Shown here: positions 57,201-64,000 of the stretch, in pieces
Position numbering within the stretch: position 1 is the first letter of the stretch
Layout: each line of letters starts with the position of its first letter
Origin: Macrostomum lignano
Lineage: Eukaryota
Reading direction: 5' to 3'
DNA length: 64,000 nt
Assembly: GCA_002269645.1 (NCBI GenBank)
Contig: NIVC01000811.1
Span: 1-64,000, forward strand
The notes under the pieces: model-generated
Told to the model about the DNA's origin: nothing
Database searches by the model: none
What the model saw: the letters and a program-made list of their open reading frames with translations, nothing else
Program-made: the position numbers and the translations under genes

Positions 57201-60200
57201 CCCAGTTCAAACGAGGCCAGGCGGACGCGCACTCGCCTTGGACACCGGAGGAGAGAGAGCGGCGAAGGCTGGCCTACCTGGGCGGCAGGTGAGGCAGTCG
57301 GATTGGATGGGAGGCCTGCCGGCTTTGCAGTGGGGCACTGGTTACTCAATTATCCTCGGGTTACTGTGGGATTCGAACCCCGGACGTCCCGTGGGTTACC
57401 TTCGCTTGTCCATGACGGCATCTTTCACCTCCGCTCTCTCACTCTCGACTCTCACCCTCCCTGCTCTCACCCTCCCTGCTCTCACCCTCCCTGCTCTCTC
57501 ACCCTCTACTCACCCTCTGCTCTCACCCTCTGCTCTTACTCTCTCTCTACCCAACCTCAAGACTCGGACCCCCAACCGCACGACTCAAAACCCCCCACCG
57601 AAAGACTCAAACTCCCAACCGCGAGACTCGAACCCCCAACCGCAAGACTCGAACCCCCAACCGCAAGATTCGAACCCCCAACCGCAAGACTCGAACCCCC
57701 AACCACAAGACTCGAACCCCCAACCGCAAGACTCGAACCCCCAACCGCAGGACTCGAACCCCCAACCGCAAGACAACGAACCCCCAACCGCAAGACAACG
57801 AACCCCCAACCGCAAGACTCGAACCTCTAACCGACTCCAGAGAGGCGCCCTCCAAGTCCGCGCCGCCGCCGCGCCTGGTCCCGGCGCCAATCCACGTGCA
57901 GCCGCTGCCGCCCGGACAGCTCGGGCTGCCCCTGGCCGGACTGCTGCTGGCCGCCAGAATCCGAAGCGAAGTCGGCTGCGACTCGGCCGAGCTCACCTTG
58001 GCCTACCTTGAGGAGCGGAGGAAGGCCCTGTCCCCAGCCTCATCAGCGGCAGCTGAGCCCATAGACATCTCGCTGTGCGCCAGGCCTGAGGAGGCGGCCC
58101 TGACGGCAGCGCTGGCCAGCACAAAGCAGCCGGCTCTGCTCCAGTTTCAGCGCAGGTGGGCCTATCTGCTCAGATTCCACCCGACAAGGCGGCGACTCGA
58201 GCTTCGAGCATTCGCTCCCGAAGGCCTGTTCGCCGCTGCCCAGACTCTGCTGGCCCTGCTGCACGATCCCGGGCCTCCGCTGAGCGTTCGCTCCGTGCTG
58301 GATTATCCGAGATTTGAGTACCGCGGACTCATGCTAGACGTGGCCAGGAACATGCAGCCTCTGCCTGTGCTGCTCAAGATACTTGACGTCATGGCCATGT
58401 ACAAGCTCAACAAACTGCACCTGCACCTGTCCGATGATGAGGGCCTTCGGCTGCCCATCACCGACGCCTTCAAGCTGGCGAGCAGGCGGTGCCACGACCC
58501 CAGCGGGAAGCTGTGCCTGCCGCCTCAGCTGGGATCGCATCCCACCGATGGGAGACCGCCTGGGGTTGGGTACTACAGCTCTACTGAGTATGCCCAGCTG
58601 CTCAAGTATGCGGCCGACCGGTTCATTGAGGTCATTCCTGAGGTCAGTGCTCTCTGATCCCCATCACTATCCCTCTGATCCCCATCATTTATCCCTCTGA
58701 TCCCCATCACTATCCCTCTGATCCCCATCATCATCCCACTGATCCTCATCATTATCTCACTGATCCCCATCATTATCCCCCTGATCCCCATCATTATCCC
58801 TCTGATCCCCATCACTATCCCACTGATCCCCATCATCATCCCACTGATCCTCATCATTATCCCACTGATCTTCATCATTATCCCCCTGATCCCTCACCAA
58901 CATCATTACACCCTCACCAACCCCACACCCAGCATCCCCATAAATCCCACACCCAGCATCCCCATAAATCCCACACCCAGCATCCCCATCAATCCTACAC
59001 CCAGCATCCCCATAAATCCCACACCCAGCATCCCCATCAATCCCACACCCAGCATCCCCATCAATCCCACACCCAGCATCCCCATCAATCCCACACCCAG
59101 CATTCCCATCAATCCCACACCCAGCATCCCCATCAATCCTACACCCAGCATCCCCATCAATCCCACACCCAGCATCCCCATCAATCCCACACCCAGCATC
59201 CCATCTCCATCACCAGGTGGACATGCCAGCCCACACCCAGCATCCCATCTCCATCACCAGGTGGACATGCCAGCCCACGCCCACTCGCTGATCGCAGCCC
59301 ACCGCCACCGAGCTCAGCTCACGGACCCCGGAGACCCCAGCAGGCCCGTCAGCGTGCAGAACTACTTCAACAACAGCCTGAACCCGTGCATGCCGGACAC
59401 CCAGCAGCTGGTGCGCAGAGTGGTGTCTGACCTGGTCCGCCTGCACTCCCTGGCCGGCGTCCCGCTGAGCACCTTCAACTTTGGTGGCGACGAGCCCCCC
59501 GGAGACGCGTGGCAGGCCTCTCCAGCCTGCCAGCGACTGGGCCTGGGCAGCAGGGACTCCATCAACCGGCTGTTCTTGAGAACTGTGGCAGAGCAGGCCG
59601 GCAGGCACGGGCTGTCTCTGATGGGCTGGGAAGACGGCTACGTTGTCAAGGACTCGGACAAGAGGCCGTACAACCTCACTGAAGTTCTTGCCACTGCGGA
59701 CCGGCGGCCTAACGGGTCTCTGGTGCTGAGCTGGCTGAACCAGATGGCATGGGGCTCTGGGGACCTGGCGTACAAGTTTGCCAATCAGGGGTACAAAGTG
59801 AGTGGCATTTATGTTTGGTGACCGCCCTCCCAGATCCTCAGTTGCTGTGCCAGCATCCCAGATCCTCAGTTGCTGGGCCAGCCTCCCAGATCCTCAGTTG
59901 CTGTGCCAGCATCCCAGATCCTCAGTTGCTGTGCCAGCATCCCAGATCCTCAGTTGCTGTGCCAGCATCCCAGATCCTCAGTTGCTGGGCCAGCCTCCCA
60001 GATCCTCGGTTGCTGGGCCAGGCGGCCTCCCAGATCCTCGGTTGCTGGGCCAGCATCCCAGATCCTCAGTTGCTGGGCCAGCCTCCCAGACCCTCAGCAA
60101 GCCGAAATCCCCAGCTCACGATCTCAGCTCACCACCCCTCCGCAGGTGGTGCTGGCGCACGCCACCCACCTGTACCTGGACCACCAGCAGGAGCCGGATC

Positions 60201-62113
60201 CCGAGGAGCGCGGTCTCTACTGGGCCACGCGGTTCATCGACCTGCGCAAGGCGTTCTCGTATGACGCGGCCGACATCTACGCCAACATGCGGGAGGACAT
60301 CATGGGGCAGCCGGTGAGCGGCCAAGGGACTGGGATTTCGGGACTGGGATTTCGGGACTGGGACTTCAAGACCGGGATTTCGGGACTGGGATTTCAGGAC
60401 TGGGATTTCGAGACTCACGCCAAGTGCCGCACCATCCCAGGTGGACGTGAAGGCCACCTGCTCGCAGCGCGGAGGCTGCGCCAGTCTCCATCAGCCCGGC
60501 AACATCATTGGCCTGAGCGGCGCTCTGTGGGGCGAGACTCTGCAGGCGGAGCAGCTGGCCCTCCCAATGCTGCTGCCGCGGCTGCTGGCTGTGGCCGAGC
60601 GGGCCTGGCACCGCGCCAGCTGGGAGGCCGCCAAGGACCCGCCGGCCCTGAGAGATGCGCTGCTGGCCACTGACTGGGCCGCCTTCGTTGACGCGGTGAG
60701 CAGGCGGGAGCTGTCGCGGCTGTCCCGTCTGAGGATTCCGTTCAGCCTGCCGCCGCCTGCGGCTCTGCGCAGCCCGGCGTCCGGGAGGGTCCGCCTGAGC
60801 CACCAGATGCCGCACAATGTCCGCCTGCTGTACGCCTTTGCGGGCTCCGGCAGGGGCGAGCATTGGGAGGAGGCGGCGAGGCACGGGGACGAGGTTGCTG
60901 TGCCTGATGGAGCAGTGAGGATGCTGCTGAAGGCTGGGTGAGTGATCTGCTGGTTGCTGTGCCTGATGGAGCAGTGAGGCTGGATGCTGCTGAAGGCTGG
61001 GTGAGTGATCTGCTGGTTGCTGTGCCTGATGGAGCAGTGAGGCTGGGTGAGTGATCTGCTGGTTGCTGTGTCTGATGGAGCAGTGAGGCTGGATGCTGCT
61101 GAAGGCTGGGTGAGTGATCTGCTGGTTGCTGTGTCTGATGGAGCAGTGAGGCTGGATGCTGCTGAAGGCTGGGTGAGTGATCTGCTGGTTGCTGTGCCTG
61201 ATGGAGCAGTGAGGATGCTGCTGAAGGCTGGGTGAGTGATCTGCTGTTTGCTGTGCCTGATGGAGCAGTGAGGATGCTGCTGAAGGCTGGGTGAGTGATC
61301 TGCTGGTTGCTGTGCCTGATGGAGCAGTGAGGCTGGATGCTGCTGAAGGCTGGGTGAGTGATCTGCTGGTTGCTGTGTCTGATGGAGCAGTGAGGCTGGA
61401 TGCTGCTGAAGGCTGGGTGAGTGATCTGCTGGTTGCTGTGCCTGATGGAGCGGTGATCGATTTCGGTTATCAATTATGGATTTCGGTTATCCATTATCGA
61501 TTTCGGTTATCCATTATCGATTTCGGTCTAACTATTATCGATTTCGGTTATCAATTATGGATTTCGGATATCCATTATCGATTTCGGTTATCCATTATCG
61601 ATTTCGGTTTAACTATTATCGATTTCGGTTATCAATTATGGATCTCGGATATCCATTATCGATTTCGGTTATCCATTATCGATTTCGGTTTAACTATTAT
61701 CGATTTCGGTTATCAATTATGGATTTCGGATATCCATTATCGATTTCGGTTGTTAATTATCGATTTCGGTTGTTAATTATCGATTTCGGTTGTTAATTAT
61801 CGATTTAGTTGATCAATTATCGATCGGGATCACTAACGCTCTCTCCCGCTCCCTCCACGCCAGCTTCGGGGACCCCGGCAACCGCCATGAGAGCTACATC
61901 GAGAGTCGCACCGTCCAGCTGCCGCCGACGGCTTCATCAGCCTCCGGCCAGCTTCTCCGCGAGCCCGGCCGGCCGCCATCGGCGAATGGCGTCGAAGGGG
62001 CGGTCAAGTCGACGGCCCTGCGCTGGCTGCTGCTGCTGCTGCTGGCAGCGGCTGCTGTCGGCCTCGCCTGCCTCGCCTGCTGCTGGGCCAGCCTGCCTCC
62101 GAGAGGCTCCTGA
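54228..62113 (+). CDS. GH20 beta-N-acetylhexosaminidase, chitobiase-type, with N-terminal hydrophobic leader and C-terminal membrane anchor (~1016 aa)
   Basis: Exons 54228-54339, 55950-56412, 57067-57288, 57841-58642, 59261-59797, 60146-60313, 60441-60937, 61864-62113, phase-consistent. Motifs: FPNWY, LVPAP, DYPRFEYRGLMLDVARN, KLNKLHLHLSDDEG, IEVIPEVDMPAH, FGGDE, HATHLYLD, YWATR, GALWGET. Confidence 0.88.
54390..55080. repeat. 53-bp intronic minisatellite
   Basis: CTGTGTGTACTGCAATAGGCCCCTGTTGTATCTATACTGCATATTGCAGTCAG, ~13 copies. Confidence 0.92.
55305..55730. repeat. 20-bp minisatellite (ATGACCATATGACTCACTCA)n
   Basis: About 21 units. Confidence 0.9.
56455..57050. repeat. 47-bp intronic minisatellite
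   Basis: TACTTACAGTAGAAATGCAAGACAATAGCATCGTATTTTAATTATCC, ~12 copies. Confidence 0.92.
57580..57830. repeat. 21-bp minisatellite (GACTCGAACCCCCAACCGCAA)n
   Basis: Intronic. Confidence 0.88.
58655..59260. repeat. Two adjacent intronic minisatellites (21 bp and 24 bp)
   Basis: CTGATCCCCATCATTATCCC-type units, then CCCATCAATCCCACACCCAGCATC-type units. Confidence 0.88.
59825..60090 (-). repeat. 28-bp minisatellite, same family as the MEGF8 intronic arrays
   Basis: CAGC(C/A)TCCCAGATCCTCAGTTGCTG(GG/TG)C units. Confidence 0.88.
60890..61455. repeat. ~46-63-bp tandem array made of the GH20 exon end plus its 5' splice site
   Basis: GCTGG|GTGAGTGATCTG occurs nine times. Confidence 0.9.
61455..61810. 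repeat. ~20-bp minisatellite (TATCGATTTCGGTTATCCAT-like)
   Basis: Intronic tandem units. Confidence 0.88.
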
Positions 62114-62214
62114 CCTCACCTGACCTTTGCCTGGCTTTTGTTGGCCTCTGGGGCTCGTCTGTGACCTGGCATGACCTTTGACTGGCGTGACTGACTGACT
62201 GATTGGTTGATTGG

Positions 62215-62420
62215 GCTTGACCTCATATGACCCTTGACTGGCTCATGTTAATTGGGCTTGACCTCATATGACCCTTGACTGGCTCATGTTAATTGGGCTT
62301 GACCTCATATGACCTTTGACTTGCTCATGTTAATTGGGCTTGACCTCATATGACCCTTGACTGGCTCATGTTAATTGGGCTTGACCTCATTTGACCTTTG
62401 ACTGGCTCATGTTTATTGAG
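62215..62420. repeat. ~41-bp tandem repeat downstream of the GH20 stop
   Basis: GGGCTTGACCTCATATGACCCTTGACTGGCTCATGTTAATT, ~5 copies. Confidence 0.85.
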
Positions 62421-64000
62421 CTCTGGAGCTCCCCCTCGACCTCAAATGACCTCTCCCTACCAACAGTAGTTCACATGCGAAGCTCATGATCTGAATTGAT
62501 CTTGACCTGATTTGACCCTGTCTCTGTCCGACCCCTGACCATCTGTGACCCGCCGCAGCCCCCACAGTGTATTCGAGACTGCAGCGACATTCCACTGCTT
62601 AACTTTGGTTTTTACTCAATATTTCTGCAGAAATGTCGCTTTTGAACCAAACCGACAGGTTTTTATCTGTAAAAATTAATTATGATGCACTTTTTAGAAA
62701 TATTTTACTGACCTTATTGATATTATTATTTCAATATTTCAAGCTTCTGTTCAAAGAGCCAGTTAAAATTATCAATCATATTTATTTCATTCTCTTCGAT
62801 TGGCTCCATTTCTGCTGAAACAGAAATCATTTCATTCGCTTTTTGTCAGCAATTTCTGCTGTGCAAAAATTATTTCGGAAGCTAAAATGCGGTACATACT
62901 ACTGCCTTGTTGTTTTAAATCCGAGTTTCTGACCGTGTTTTTAATTAGTAACTTTTTGTGTGCTTTTTGTTTAACCTTGCTAATCTCGATAAACAACACC
63001 AGAAGATTCAGTGCGCACACATTCAAACAAAATTTTGATTTTTACGAAGTACTTGTAGTTGTAATGGATGTCCAAATCCCCAAGGATGTTGAGCTTCTCC
63101 ATCACACACAAAATATACAGCCTCTCTGTTGCTATGGTAACTGAAGCCACAACGAACATGAAATTTGCTTTTACAGGCTTTGTTAGTCACTTGCTATGGA
63201 AGTTACTGATTCAATAGGCTGGTTGCTAAGGTAACCAATAAAGTGTCTCTGCAGTGCTTCTGATTGACGAACTTGAAAGACTTACGGCACAAGTTTTACC
63301 AAAGCTTGCAGTCACACACAAACATGTCGTGCATTGGCGAGATGGGAAGTTTTCAGATTTTTAACACTGAGTGACTGAGTGTCGACTGTCGGGAAATTCT
63401 GTCTTAAAATGTTTGTTCGTGTAATTCTCTATCGCCCTCGGCTGTTTTTCAGTCCCCTCCCTGAGCCTTGTTTTGTTTCTCCCTCTCTCTGTACGTACAT
63501 GGCTAGCGTTCTTCTCTACCCTCAACTATCGATCGGTTAGCACCCCCTCCCCCCAGTCGGCCCTCCTTGGGCTCTTGCGTGTTGAACCCATTTGATTTCT
63601 TATCTCTTCCACTTCCCCTCCCGCCGCCTCTGAAATAAATAATATGCGCTGCACAGAGGTCTGAATCTTAATTCTGGTCCTTTCCTTTTCTATACTAGCA
63701 TCTTCAAATCGAGGTAAGATAAGTATCTTAAGATAAGATAAGTATTTAAGATACTTAAGATAAGTAAGATTTCACAACAATCGAGATCAACCTCGTTCGC
63801 TGCACTATTAAAAAGCTTAGATCGACTAGTTTATCAGCTCATTTTATCTGCATTCGTCTGCTCGTCTTCGGGGGTCCGCTGAGCTTATTCGCTTCGTCAG
63901 CTCTGAGTTTTGGTCATCCATTTTCAGTCTTCTCAGCAGGATATGCGTCTGCTCGGATCTGGTCTCTTCATTTGTCTTGTTTCGCTGGATTTCGTGCTGG

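Noticed and set aside
62633-64000. Short ORFs and a GATAAG/TATCTTAAGATA palindromic patch near the window end
   Set aside because: No recognisable coding motif or element boundary; too little context.

Overview
This is animal genomic DNA, not prokaryotic. It has GT-AG introns, TTAGGG tracts, tRNA-derived SINEs and a different minisatellite in almost every intron; the style resembles the flatworm Macrostomum (inference). Four host genes can be rebuilt exon by exon with consistent intron phases, all on the + strand: a MEGF8-like CUB/EGF/Kelch/PSI membrane protein (12477-43094, 5' end not seen), WRAP73/WDR8 (46130-49980), an intronless RING-CH membrane E3 ligase (51145-52356) and a membrane-anchored chitobiase-type GH20 hexosaminidase (54228-62113). 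The first 12 kb is satellite DNA containing a 5.77 kb tandem duplication. The standout is a nested insertion in one MEGF8 intron. An 8.77 kb element (14976-23742) has ~1.3 kb near-identical terminal inverted repeats, ACTACTA...TAGTAGT ends and a 6-bp target duplication (AATAGG). It encodes only two divergent genes: a Polinton/Maverick-type protein-primed DNA polymerase B and a PC4-like ssDNA-binding protein, with no integrase, capsid, ATPase or adenain protease. The polymerase gene is split by six spliceosomal introns, three of which interrupt catalytic motifs A, B and C. The element sits inside an older hAT/P-type non-autonomous transposon (13365-24286, 8-bp TSD GTTCGAAG). All protein assignments come from motif recognition by eye; no database search was run.
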